Part shown: piece by piece, positions 1-7,950 of the stretch
Layout: each line of letters begins with the position of its first letter
Numbering within the stretch: position 1 is the stretch's first letter
DNA from: a virus
Lineage: Duplodnaviria; Caudoviricetes
Virus record (IMG/VR): IMGVR_UViG_3300045973_000766
Location: 1 to 35,476 of that record
Reading direction: 5' to 3' (one strand)
Length of the DNA: 35,476 bases
Position numbers and translations under genes: made by a program
Notes under the pieces: model-generated
The model's database searches: none
Told to the model about the DNA's origin: nothing
Seen by the model: the letters and a program-made list of their open reading frames with translations, nothing else

Positions 1-452
1 GTATAACCTGCTGGTGACGGATATCTGGAAAATGATTGTAGCACAAATCCGCCATTACTACCAGCGCCTTCTGGTTTACCCATTTTATCTTCTGGTGGCT
101 CAATTGTGCTTTGTATAGCATCTACATCAATGATGTTTTTAATTATATCACAAACAAGTTTATATCTAGATTTTTTTGTTTGTTCAGCAACGCCTTCAGC
201 AATAGTATAGAAGTAAAATAACACTTCTTCTGCTGTTGATTTTTGATTTTTTTTGTAAAATTCTTCGAAATAATTAGTTAGTTCATCTTTATCCATTTGA
301 CCACTTTCAAATGTCTTAATTATATCTGAGATATATTTACAATTTTTTCCAAAATTGTTTAATTGTGGGTCGTGTAGATATTTCTGTCTGATAATTTCAA
401 ACACTATCTCTCTCTGTTCGGCACGGTTGTAATCATTAAATTTGTGAATCAT
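1..452 (-). CDS. Hypothetical protein, runs off window start; carries N-terminal MIHKFNDY leader
   Basis: Not in the ORF track. Hand translation from ATG at 452 is open to base 1 (MIHKFNDYNRAEQREIVFEIIRQKYLHD...SRYPSPAGY); starts 4 nt after the stop of 457..639. Confidence 0.8.
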   Translation of the reverse strand, partial: MIHKFNDYNRAEQREIVFEIIRQKYLHDPQLNNFGKNCKYISDIIKTFESGQMDKDELTNYFEEFYKKNQKSTAEEVLFYFYTIAEGVAEQTKKSRYKLVCDIIKNIIDVDAIQSTIEPPEDKMGKPEGAGSNGGFVLQSFSRYPSPAGY

Positions 453-456
453 ATTT

Positions 457-639
457 TTATTTTTTTTTAATTATTTTGCAATTTTCTGATACCCAGCTTT
501 TTTCTGTACCATCTTCTAATCTAACGTAAACTCTTTTATTATCAATTTCATCATATTTAATAACTTCTGCTGTCAAGCCAATATTTAGATAACTAAAATG
601 AACTTGAATTATATCTCCAATTTGAAATTTCTGTTTCAT
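457..639 (-). CDS. Small SH3/KOW-like hypothetical protein
   Basis: KFQIGDIIQV...GLTAEVI...VYVRL beta-barrel pattern; start overlaps the upstream stop at 639. Confidence 0.6.
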   Translation of the reverse strand: MKQKFQIGDIIQVHFSYLNIGLTAEVIKYDEIDNKRVYVRLEDGTEKSWVSENCKIIKKK

Positions 640-836
640 TATCCTGGTCCAAAATCTTGTGGTTTACTTTTAATATTATAGAATATAGAAATAGTTGTTT
701 GAATAATTGTATTAGAGTATTGTGCTGAAGATTGCTTAATTTTTTTGATTTTGATATTGGAATTTTTATGTAGCCAATCACCAACTTCGGTTTCTAATGA
801 ATTTGTATAAGAACTTTGAAATATTTTTACTTGCAT
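639..836 (-). CDS. Small hypothetical protein (Cse60/DUF2758-like pattern)
   Basis: MQVKIF...LETEVGDWL...IKIKKIKQ pattern; directly downstream of a host-type promoter. Confidence 0.55.
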   Translation of the reverse strand: MQVKIFQSSYTNSLETEVGDWLHKNSNIKIKKIKQSSAQYSNTIIQTTISIFYNIKSKPQDFGPG

Positions 837-858
837 TTTTAAAATTTTAGATTAAACA

Positions 859-890
859 CAAAGATACAAAAAGTTTTTTAATGTACCAAA
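859..890 (-). promoter_or_regulatory. Bacteroidota primary-sigma promoter (-33 TTTG, -7 TAnnTTTG)
   Basis: Minus strand reads TTTG-N20-TATCTTTG in the intergenic gap, 22 nt before the ATG at 836. Confidence 0.8.
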
Positions 891-891
891 A

Positions 892-1335
892 TTATTTATA
901 ATTTTTTAATTCTCTGTCAGTATCTCGTTTTATATCTTTTTCTTTAATAGATTCTGATCGGTCATACAGCTTTTTACCTTTAGCTATACTAATTGTAACT
1001 TTACAAAGTCCTTCTTTATTAACAAACATATTTATTGGTACTATTGTTAATCCTTTCTCTGTTATTCTTTTTTTGATCTTATTTAATTCCTTTTTTGTTA
1101 AAAGTAATTTTCTTGGTCGTTTTGGCTCGTGGTTAAATTGGTTAGAATACTTATATTCATTAATATTTGCGTTATTTAAAAACAATTCTTTACCATTAAA
1201 AGCACAAAAACTATCAACTAGAGAAGCTTCACCTTTTCTTATTGATTTTATTTCAGAGCCCACAAGAACTATACCACAAGTATATTCATCTAGTAGAAAA
1301 TATTCATATGCTGCTTTTTTATTCCTTATTATCAT
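892..1335 (-). CDS. smpB: SsrA-binding protein SmpB
   Basis: NKKAAYEY, GIVLVGSEIKSIR, RPRKLLL, GLTIVP and AKGKKLYD motifs; 147 aa, full length. Confidence 0.96.
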   Translation of the reverse strand: MIIRNKKAAYEYFLLDEYTCGIVLVGSEIKSIRKGEASLVDSFCAFNGKELFLNNANINEYKYSNQFNHEPKRPRKLLLTKKELNKIKKRITEKGLTIVPINMFVNKEGLCKVTISIAKGKKLYDRSESIKEKDIKRDTDRELKNYK

Positions 1336-1600
1336 TATTTAATTTTTTAAGTTTAATTTTTCTAATATATTGATTGTGTTCGTGCTCTGTCATTAATTTG
1401 AATTTTCTTTCAAAATATTCTTCATCTTTAAATACCACCATTTGATAACTATTGTAGTAAACAGACACATAAAAATTAATTATAGGTTCAAACCAATGAT
1501 CTGTAGTTGCAAACTTATAACACATTTTATTATATTTATATGTTTTATTATGAGTAAATATTTTATTTGACTTACCAATATAAAGAAGAAGTTTAACCAT
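1319..1600 (-). CDS. Hypothetical protein with C-terminal RKIKLKKL motif
   Basis: 93-aa ORF overlapping neighbours at both ends. Confidence 0.7.
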   Translation of the reverse strand: MVKLLLYIGKSNKIFTHNKTYKYNKMCYKFATTDHWFEPIINFYVSVYYNSYQMVVFKDEEYFERKFKLMTEHEHNQYIRKIKLKKLNNDNKE

Positions 1601-1841
1601 TATTTAATTTTTTAAGTTTTTCTTTTCTCAATTCTTTTTCTGTATAAAAATAATCATAAACATATTTAAGTCCAGATACATCATCGTTATTTTTATAAAA
1701 AATAGTATTATTTATAGAAATATATTTATCATTTTCTTTATCTACTATATATTCTTTTAATTCAAATAATATGCTACTTGGTTCAAATGTCTTTTCATCA
1801 TATGTCATAACTCTAAACCTCTTTTTTGCCATATATGTCAT
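1593..1841 (-). CDS. Hypothetical protein, paralog of 1813..2076; C-terminal RKEKLKKL
   Basis: Aligns by eye with its neighbour (YDxxTFxPS, ENDxYISINxxIFYKN, DYFY). Confidence 0.8.
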   Translation of the reverse strand: MTYMAKKRFRVMTYDEKTFEPSSILFELKEYIVDKENDKYISINNTIFYKNNDDVSGLKYVYDYFYTEKELRKEKLKKLNNG

Positions 1842-2076
1842 ATATTTTTCTAAGTTTAAAATTTCTTTCTTCTTTTATTGAATAAAAATAGTCATTAAAA
1901 TATTTTTTATCTTCAGTTTTATTTTTATAAAAAATAGCTTTATTTATAGAAATATATCTATCATTTTCATTATCTATAGTATAATAGTTTATCATATCAA
2001 ATTCTACATAACTTGGTTGAAATGTATATGAATCATACATCAATACTTTAAAATTTTTTATAGGTCTGTATTTCAT
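1813..2076 (-). CDS. Hypothetical protein, paralog of 1593..1841; C-terminal RNFKLRKI
   Basis: Same shared blocks as its neighbour; 4-nt overlap with the GT9 gene. Confidence 0.8.
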   Translation of the reverse strand: MKYRPIKNFKVLMYDSYTFQPSYVEFDMINYYTIDNENDRYISINKAIFYKNKTEDKKYFNDYFYSIKEERNFKLRKIYDIYGKKEV

Positions 2077-3032
2077 AGTATTATTTTACCAGTATTTGAA
2101 ATTTTATAATTGTTTGTTATTTCTCTAAAAACTTGTTCAACTGTTGGATGGCATTTATATAAGTTAGGATCAGGATCAATATCTTGACCTATTGTTTCAG
2201 GTCTTTCTAAACAAAATGCCACAGGTGGCATAACATTATACTTTCCATTATATCTAATGCTATATTTCATATTTGATGCACAAAATATATCACAACCACC
2301 TAGAATATATGAATATTTATAATTTTGAACACCATTTCTATAAGGTGCTCTAAATCTAGGATCTATTGAACTACCTAATTGTATAATATGTGTATCTGTT
2401 GTTGCTGCTAAATGTAATATACCAGAATCCATAGTAACAATTATCGCAGCTTTATTCAAAATGTGCCACGTTTGGTGAATTCCAATTTTATTAGTTAAAT
2501 CTAAGCCATTTTTAATATTTAATTCATAAACAGGCTTTGTTATATGATATGTTCCTTCTTCACTAGAATTTTTTCCTATAATAACAACTGAAATATTAAT
2601 AGCGTTCAATCTATCTATCAATTCTTGCCATCTTTCTTTTTCCCAAGTCCTGGACGGCCAAGTTTTAGCTGTATGTAAAACAATATAATTATCAGGTAAT
2701 TTTTCAATTGGTTCATAATCATCAGGATAAAAATAAATTTGCATTTCTTCAGGTAATAATTGAAATCCTGCACTCAAAGAGTGCAATTGAATAATATTTG
2801 TTCTTGTATGAACAAATTTATCAACTTTAAAACTTTCAATCAATAAATCATCTTCTTCCACATTATAATTATCTGATAATATTACATATGGGCAATTTTT
2901 AAATAAATCTGGTTGGTAAGTAAATACATGAATTTTTTTATCATATAACTTACTAAGATATTTAATTGTAGGTATAGCACATAATGTGTCACCTAAACTA
3001 TGAGAACCGACTAAAACTAAAATTTTATCCAT
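2073..3032 (-). CDS. Glycosyltransferase family 9 (heptosyltransferase-like, GT-B fold)
   Basis: SLGDTLCAIPTIKYL at the N-terminus, WPSRTW and TMDSGILHLAA motifs. Confidence 0.88.
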   Translation of the reverse strand: MDKILVLVGSHSLGDTLCAIPTIKYLSKLYDKKIHVFTYQPDLFKNCPYVILSDNYNVEEDDLLIESFKVDKFVHTRTNIIQLHSLSAGFQLLPEEMQIYFYPDDYEPIEKLPDNYIVLHTAKTWPSRTWEKERWQELIDRLNAINISVVIIGKNSSEEGTYHITKPVYELNIKNGLDLTNKIGIHQTWHILNKAAIIVTMDSGILHLAATTDTHIIQLGSSIDPRFRAPYRNGVQNYKYSYILGGCDIFCASNMKYSIRYNGKYNVMPPVAFCLERPETIGQDIDPDPNLYKCHPTVEQVFREITNNYKISNTGKIIL

Positions 3033-3046
3033 TTATTTTATAAATG

Positions 3047-3496
3047 TTATTTTATTAATAGTTTAATAAACTTGTCCATAAATACCTCATTTTTGTCAGC
3101 TAATTTTTTTGTGGTTTTATAAAAACAGGTATAATCATCTTCATTAAGGTATACACTTTCAAGCTCTTCTCCATCTTTATCTTCAATTTTAAGACAACGA
3201 ACACCTTTATCAATAAGATATTTTAATATCAAATCATTTTCAGTTAATTCATATTCTTCCTTTATTAAAGAATAACGATTTGGACTTGTACTTGTTATTA
3301 TGAATAATTTCTTTTTATATTTAGATTTTACATTAGAATTATCACTATATGCTGATAATATTCTTGATATTGTAGCTTCTGGTGTTTTTCCTTTCACAAT
3401 TATTATTCCTTTTGATAAAATAATTGTGTGAATTTCTTTAGCAGTTAAATTATCTTTTTCAGATAATATTAATTTTAGCACTTCTTTTAATTTCAT
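3047..3496 (-). CDS. HARE-HTH (HB1/ASXL/restriction endonuclease) winged-helix DNA-binding protein
   Basis: LTAKEIHTIILSKG...GKTPEATISRIL is the HARE-HTH signature pattern. Confidence 0.75.
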   Translation of the reverse strand: MKLKEVLKLILSEKDNLTAKEIHTIILSKGIIIVKGKTPEATISRILSAYSDNSNVKSKYKKKLFIITSTSPNRYSLIKEEYELTENDLILKYLIDKGVRCLKIEDKDGEELESVYLNEDDYTCFYKTTKKLADKNEVFMDKFIKLLIK

Positions 3497-3513
3497 AATT
3501 TATGTTTTTTTAA

Positions 3514-3541
3514 TATATAATACGAAATTTTCATAAAGTTT
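3514..3541 (-). promoter_or_regulatory. Putative phage promoter AAACT-N17-TATATA
   Basis: One of four copies with identical 17-nt spacing, each upstream of a transcription-unit start. Confidence 0.6.
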
Positions 3542-3567
3542 CATAAAAATACGAAATAATACGAAAT
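3519..3567. repeat. Three direct copies of AATACGAAAT (3519-3528, 3548-3557, 3558-3567); candidate operator
   Basis: Exact 10-mer repeats overlapping the promoter of the HARE-HTH gene. Confidence 0.6.
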
Positions 3568-3655
3568 AATTTGTTTTATAAATTAATTTTGTTAAAATAT
3601 AAAATCTAATAGTATGATAACTGAAGAAGAAATATGCGATACAATCAATGGTATT

Positions 3656-4351
3656 TTAAATTAGGTGTATTATCTTTTTTGAGGCTTCTACACAAGACAT
3701 AACATCAGCTTCACAATAAGTTCTAATTTTCTCAATATTATTGTTCCAAAAAGCATAATGAACATCTTTACCAGCCATTATACTTTTTGGACTAGCTACA
3801 TCTAAGACGTATAGCATTTCATCAAGTGAAACATTTTCTAATGTACCAAAACTCTTCCAAACTTCTGCTAAATCTACGACATTCATCTCCCAAGGTTTAA
3901 CATTGAATGTTTTTAAAACCTTTGGAATTTTTAGATCATATTGTAAAAATTTTCTATTCAAATATGGTATATCAAATCCTTTGATATAAAAACCACATAA
4001 TCCAAGTAAAGTTTTGTTTGATACTGTATTAAAAATTTTATGAACTCTACGTATTAATACTTCTTCAGATTCGTCACATATTGACATCATTTTTAATTGC
4101 TCAACGCCTTCTTTTTCAACAAAAGTTGCAATAGATACGCACACAATTCTACCAAACTCAGGTATAAGTGGTGATTTATCTAAATAAACTTGTTCAGGAT
4201 TAATTTGCCAATCTAATATTTGACTACTTTTTCTTTCAATTTTTCGCAAAAATAAATTATAGCCTCTACTATCATTTAACATTAAAGAATTTAAATCTTT
4301 ATATTTTCCGGCTGTTTCAATATCAAAATACACTAAATCTCTGTGTGTCAC
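3656..4351 (-). CDS. DEDD 3'-5' exonuclease (PolB exonuclease-like, RNase H fold)
   Basis: ExoI YFDIET, ExoII KGFDIPYL, ExoIII YCEADV; GTG start overlaps the upstream TAG. Confidence 0.9.
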   Translation of the reverse strand: MTHRDLVYFDIETAGKYKDLNSLMLNDSRGYNLFLRKIERKSSQILDWQINPEQVYLDKSPLIPEFGRIVCVSIATFVEKEGVEQLKMMSICDESEEVLIRRVHKIFNTVSNKTLLGLCGFYIKGFDIPYLNRKFLQYDLKIPKVLKTFNVKPWEMNVVDLAEVWKSFGTLENVSLDEMLYVLDVASPKSIMAGKDVHYAFWNNNIEKIRTYCEADVMSCVEASKKIIHLI

Positions 4352-4668
4352 TATATTTCATTTCTTTTTATATGCTTATTTATTCTATCAAGTTTAGCTT
4401 TTCTTGGCGATTTTATATGAATATCATAACCATCAAATCTTATTTCCTCTGCTGATAGCCTACTGGACTCTCTGATAGGAAATACCTTTACCATTTTCAT
4501 GTATGTGACTATAATTCCATCATCTTTATGTTCCCACTTATCACCCCAACCATCTTTAACTTTTTGAATTGCTTCTTCCTTGTTTTTTGCTGGAACAAGT
4601 ACTGATGGATCTTCTCCTGATTTCCATCCACCTGGATTGCTGTCGATAGTTACTTTAAATATTTTCAT
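4351..4668 (-). CDS. Hypothetical protein with C-terminal RKAKLDRI motif
   Basis: 105-aa ORF in operon context; VLVPAKNKEEAIQKV pattern is common in small phage proteins. Confidence 0.75.
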   Translation of the reverse strand: MKIFKVTIDSNPGGWKSGEDPSVLVPAKNKEEAIQKVKDGWGDKWEHKDDGIIVTYMKMVKVFPIRESSRLSAEEIRFDGYDIHIKSPRKAKLDRINKHIKRNEI

Positions 4669-4695
4669 AATTTTATCTTTTTACAAATATAAGTA

Positions 4696-5055
4696 TTATT
4701 CTCCTAATTCTGATACTCCACCTTCAAATAAATAATAAAATTGTTCATTTTTTATTTGATCATATTTTTCATCTAAATTTTCTTTATGACTTTGAGTATG
4801 AGCTTTCATATCTTCAATTGTATAATAGTTTTTAATCCATAATACACCTTGAATAAACCCTAACCATCTATTACATTTTTCTAATTTACATTTATCATCA
4901 ATCATATTTGGAATTTCATTAAGCATCCATCTAATATGACTCATATCACTATCAATAAAATCTACATATGGTTCTTTTAATTTAATAGTAATGCCATCTG
5001 CTTTTAATAAATCGTCATATTCTTTACAAATGTCTAAAAATTGATTTCTTTTCAT
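4696..5055 (-). CDS. Hypothetical phage protein
   Basis: Track ORF 4696..5085 begins at TTG; the in-frame ATG at 5055 after an A-rich stretch is the likelier start. HIRWML...NRWLGFIQGVLW core. Confidence 0.75.
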   Translation of the reverse strand: MKRNQFLDICKEYDDLLKADGITIKLKEPYVDFIDSDMSHIRWMLNEIPNMIDDKCKLEKCNRWLGFIQGVLWIKNYYTIEDMKAHTQSHKENLDEKYDQIKNEQFYYLFEGGVSELGE

Positions 5056-5072
5056 ATTTAAAATTTTTTTTT

Positions 5073-5310
5073 TTAAGCTGGCCAATATTGTTTACCTGGT
5101 AATCCGCATTTCATACCACCATATATTTTCCATTGATCGCCACCACAGGTTTTACATTGTGATGTCATTTTTATATAATCTTGTAATTCTTTATCCTCTT
5201 GTTTTAATTCTGTAAATGATCTTTTTGCCAGATTTTTTAAAATATATTTTTCCATAACAAAACGGACAAATATTATTTTTCCTACATTCCTCTTCTGACA
5301 TTTTTTCCAT
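5073..5310 (-). pseudogene. CxxC...CxxC zinc-finger gene split over two frames (5191..5310 and 5073..5255)
   Basis: ATG at 5310, 1 nt after the clamp stop, opens 39 aa containing CPFCYG; the overlapping +1 frame contains CKTCGG. Confidence 0.45.
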
Positions 5311-5311
5311 A

Positions 5312-6076
5312 TTATACTGATAATTCTAATGCTATAAGCAAAGTTGTATTCAAGTTATCAATCAATAAAAATGTATCAAATACATACACATTAATTTCAT
5401 CTTCACTAAATGTTATTGATTTAAAATATTTCTTTGGAAATGAAATTGATAAATATTCATGTACAATATCACAAATTTCAAGATCCCAACTACCTTCACC
5501 AATTTTAAGTTTATTTTCATCAATAATTAATGTTAAAATATCATTTTCATTATCAATTGCTGCTATTTTTTTAATTTTTGCATAATTATTTTTATCCAAT
5601 GAAAATTTAAAATCTATATTATCTTTATCAAGTGTTTTATTAATTTTTTCAATATCAATTGTGGTATTCATACCACGCACGTCACCTCCATTAATACCTA
5701 ATCTTAATTTTGAATTTTTTAATTTAAAATTATCAGCATATAGTTCATCATTCATACAAAACTCACAAATCACATCTTCATCTTTATAATCTAAGTAATT
5801 TTTAAGGGTGGTTTCAAATTTACCACCATTGTTTATAATAAATCTTATTTCATTTTCCAATTCTTTGTTAAATGAAAAAATTTCGTTTGTTTTGAAAATA
5901 AAAGATTTGAATGCATTAACATTCATCTTTTCACCAACAATAGAATATAATAGAATATTTTCATTAGTTATTTTCAATAAAATTTGGTCGTCAATAGACA
6001 ATAGATCGTGAACTTTATCTAAAAAGAAAGTAAGTTGAGCTAATGTCATTGAAAATTTGTATGTTAAATCTGGCAT
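5312..6076 (-). CDS. Probable DNA sliding clamp (gp45/PCNA-like)
   Basis: 254 aa, acidic, two repeats of a strand-helix-strands pattern (YKFSMTLAQLTFFLDKV / FKFSLDKNNYAKIKKIA), ISFPKKYF near the end; close to an exonuclease. Fold inferred by eye. Confidence 0.55.
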   Translation of the reverse strand: MPDLTYKFSMTLAQLTFFLDKVHDLLSIDDQILLKITNENILLYSIVGEKMNVNAFKSFIFKTNEIFSFNKELENEIRFIINNGGKFETTLKNYLDYKDEDVICEFCMNDELYADNFKLKNSKLRLGINGGDVRGMNTTIDIEKINKTLDKDNIDFKFSLDKNNYAKIKKIAAIDNENDILTLIIDENKLKIGEGSWDLEICDIVHEYLSISFPKKYFKSITFSEDEINVYVFDTFLLIDNLNTTLLIALELSV

Positions 6077-6095
6077 AGTAAGTATTTGTTTTCTT

Positions 6096-6123
6096 AATAT
6101 ATAAAAAATTAGCTCAATAGTTT
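6096..6123 (-). promoter_or_regulatory. Putative phage promoter AAACT-N17-TATATT
   Basis: Same bipartite motif, upstream of the clamp gene; back-to-back with a host-type promoter. Confidence 0.55.
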
Positions 6124-6152
6124 TTGTTTTTTAAAAAATATTATTATCTTTG
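6123..6152 (+). promoter_or_regulatory. Bacteroidota primary-sigma promoter (-33 TTTG, -7 TAnnTTTG)
   Basis: TTTG(6123-6126)-N18-TATCTTTG(6145-6152), 39 nt before the ATG at 6192. Confidence 0.75.
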
Positions 6153-6191
6153 TGATCTATAATTATTTATTAATCATTAAAAATTAAAAAA

Positions 6192-7406
6192 ATGTCAAAA
6201 AAACTACAAAAATTTTTAAATAGTACAAATTCGGTAGTGGATCATAATGCTGTGGTGTATAAGACAACTATCTATGACAAATTCGAATATTTGCCTGGTA
6301 ATAGGTATGGTTGTGAAATTGGTTCTAATGTTGCTAGAGCATTAAATCTTTGTGATACAGATAACTCAAGAGAATTTGTAAAACGAAGAAGTGTTTGGAT
6401 GAAAGTATTTAAAGATTATGAAGGTATGGATAAATATAATCCAATAAAAGTTGCTTGGGTTTTATTTAATGGTGTGCCTAAATTAACTATACTTGATGGT
6501 CAAGGTCGTACTGGTGCAATTATATCAGCTAATTTGAATTATCCATTATTTTATGAAATAATTTACCTTAATGATAAAGAAGTGTCAACTATCGCTGAGG
6601 CACAAGAATATACTCAAATGGTTAATTTGCAATCTGATCCATGGACTAGTGCAAATAAACGGGATCATATGAGAGTTTCAGATAATACTGATGTAGACCT
6701 TAAAAATCAATTTTTATTTCAACTTTTTATAACACAATTTTTTAATTTAAAACAAGAATCTTTAGTTGATAATATTTGGTCTAAAAATCAAGGATCAACA
6801 AAAAAAGAATTTTATCATCTTTCCACTTTAAAGAAGCGTGATATGTGGAAAAGTACTAATTACGAAAATGAAATTTTGAGAATATCAAATAATGATAATG
6901 ATAGTAATATTGATTTTGATGATGTGTGTGATACACCAGAAAAAAGGACTCTTTATTCATTTTTTAAGTTTAAAGAAATTCTTTATTTAAAGTTAGATGA
7001 TTTCTATAAAAACACTTTAAAAAAACAGAGTAAAAGTTTATCTAATGGATATATGAGTGTTATAAAATCTTCTAAGGTTTTCGCATTGGAATTACAACGA
7101 ATGGTTTTTAGGTATGAGGATTTTTCAAATGGAAAACTTTCAAATGAAGAACATGATTTTTTACTTAAATGGATTTTAGAGGATATTGTTCGTGGATATG
7201 ATCCAACTAAAAAATCAAGATTGGAAATTCGTAAAATGCTCTATAATATAATTAAACCTATTGTAAAAGAAAAAAAACAACCTGGTATAAATATGCAAAA
7301 TATTAAAGAGTATGTTGAATGGTTTGAATTACAATTGGAATCAAATACGCTTAAATGTAATTTGGTTTCAAATGAAGAAAGTGTTTTCGATAATACAAAT
7401 TTATAA
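6192..7406 (+). CDS. ParB/Srx-like N-terminal domain protein with uncharacterised C-terminal region
   Basis: NPIKV...ILDGQGRTGA resembles the ParB IxDGxHR motif (His replaced by Gly), followed by VNLQSDPW. Confidence 0.6.
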   Translation: MSKKLQKFLNSTNSVVDHNAVVYKTTIYDKFEYLPGNRYGCEIGSNVARALNLCDTDNSREFVKRRSVWMKVFKDYEGMDKYNPIKVAWVLFNGVPKLTILDGQGRTGAIISANLNYPLFYEIIYLNDKEVSTIAEAQEYTQMVNLQSDPWTSANKRDHMRVSDNTDVDLKNQFLFQLFITQFFNLKQESLVDNIWSKNQGSTKKEFYHLSTLKKRDMWKSTNYENEILRISNNDNDSNIDFDDVCDTPEKRTLYSFFKFKEILYLKLDDFYKNTLKKQSKSLSNGYMSVIKSSKVFALELQRMVFRYEDFSNGKLSNEEHDFLLKWILEDIVRGYDPTKKSRLEIRKMLYNIIKPIVKEKKQPGINMQNIKEYVEWFELQLESNTLKCNLVSNEESVFDNTNL

Positions 7407-7416
7407 TAATTAAAAT

Positions 7417-7914
7417 ATGAATATTACACAAAATGCTAATGGATCATATTCTAATCTGAATAATTTTGGAAAAGATATATTATTTAGAGATTGTAATAAT
7501 AAGGTATTAAGTTACGATGCACTAGGCACTAAATATTTTGTTTTTGAATTACGGGTTAGGGTTAATTCGGTTACTAAAATTTTTATTGGTGCTAGTTGTT
7601 GTTCAGTAGCAGATAGATTAGGTTGGCTTTTTTCAATAAAAAAATATCTTACAGATGTTCATATTGCAAAAGAAGTACTAATTATTATCCGTGAGCATTA
7701 TAATCATTTAGATAGAGCTGAAATGGAATATGTTAAGGACCAACATCTTTTTAATGTTTGTAAAAGAGAATTAAATAAAACTGGAAAAGTAAAATGGAAA
7801 TCATGTGATGAATACCTAAATCCATTAATTTTTCATAGATATGATTTAGAACATATTCTAAATAAACAATTTAATAATTGGAATTATTTATCTCTTATGA
7901 AAAGGAATAAATAA
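7417..7914 (+). CDS. Hypothetical protein, possibly a degenerate GIY-YIG-like nuclease
   Basis: YFVFEL-x8-KIFIGAS-x3-VADRL resembles the GIY...YIG...R layout; weak match. Confidence 0.4.
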   Translation: MNITQNANGSYSNLNNFGKDILFRDCNNKVLSYDALGTKYFVFELRVRVNSVTKIFIGASCCSVADRLGWLFSIKKYLTDVHIAKEVLIIIREHYNHLDRAEMEYVKDQHLFNVCKRELNKTGKVKWKSCDEYLNPLIFHRYDLEHILNKQFNNWNYLSLMKRNK

Positions 7915-7916
7915 AT

Positions 7917-7950
7917 AAAAAGCCTTCATCTTATGATGAAGGCTTTTTTT
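7917..7950. terminator. Bidirectional intrinsic terminator
   Basis: AAAAAGCCTTCATC-TTAT-GATGAAGGCTTTTTTT: perfect 14-bp stem between convergent genes. Confidence 0.92.

Noticed and set aside
3614-3664. Mini-ORF MITEEEICDTINGILN on the + strand
   Set aside because: Only 16 codons and overlaps the exonuclease stop; may be a gene remnant but cannot be supported.
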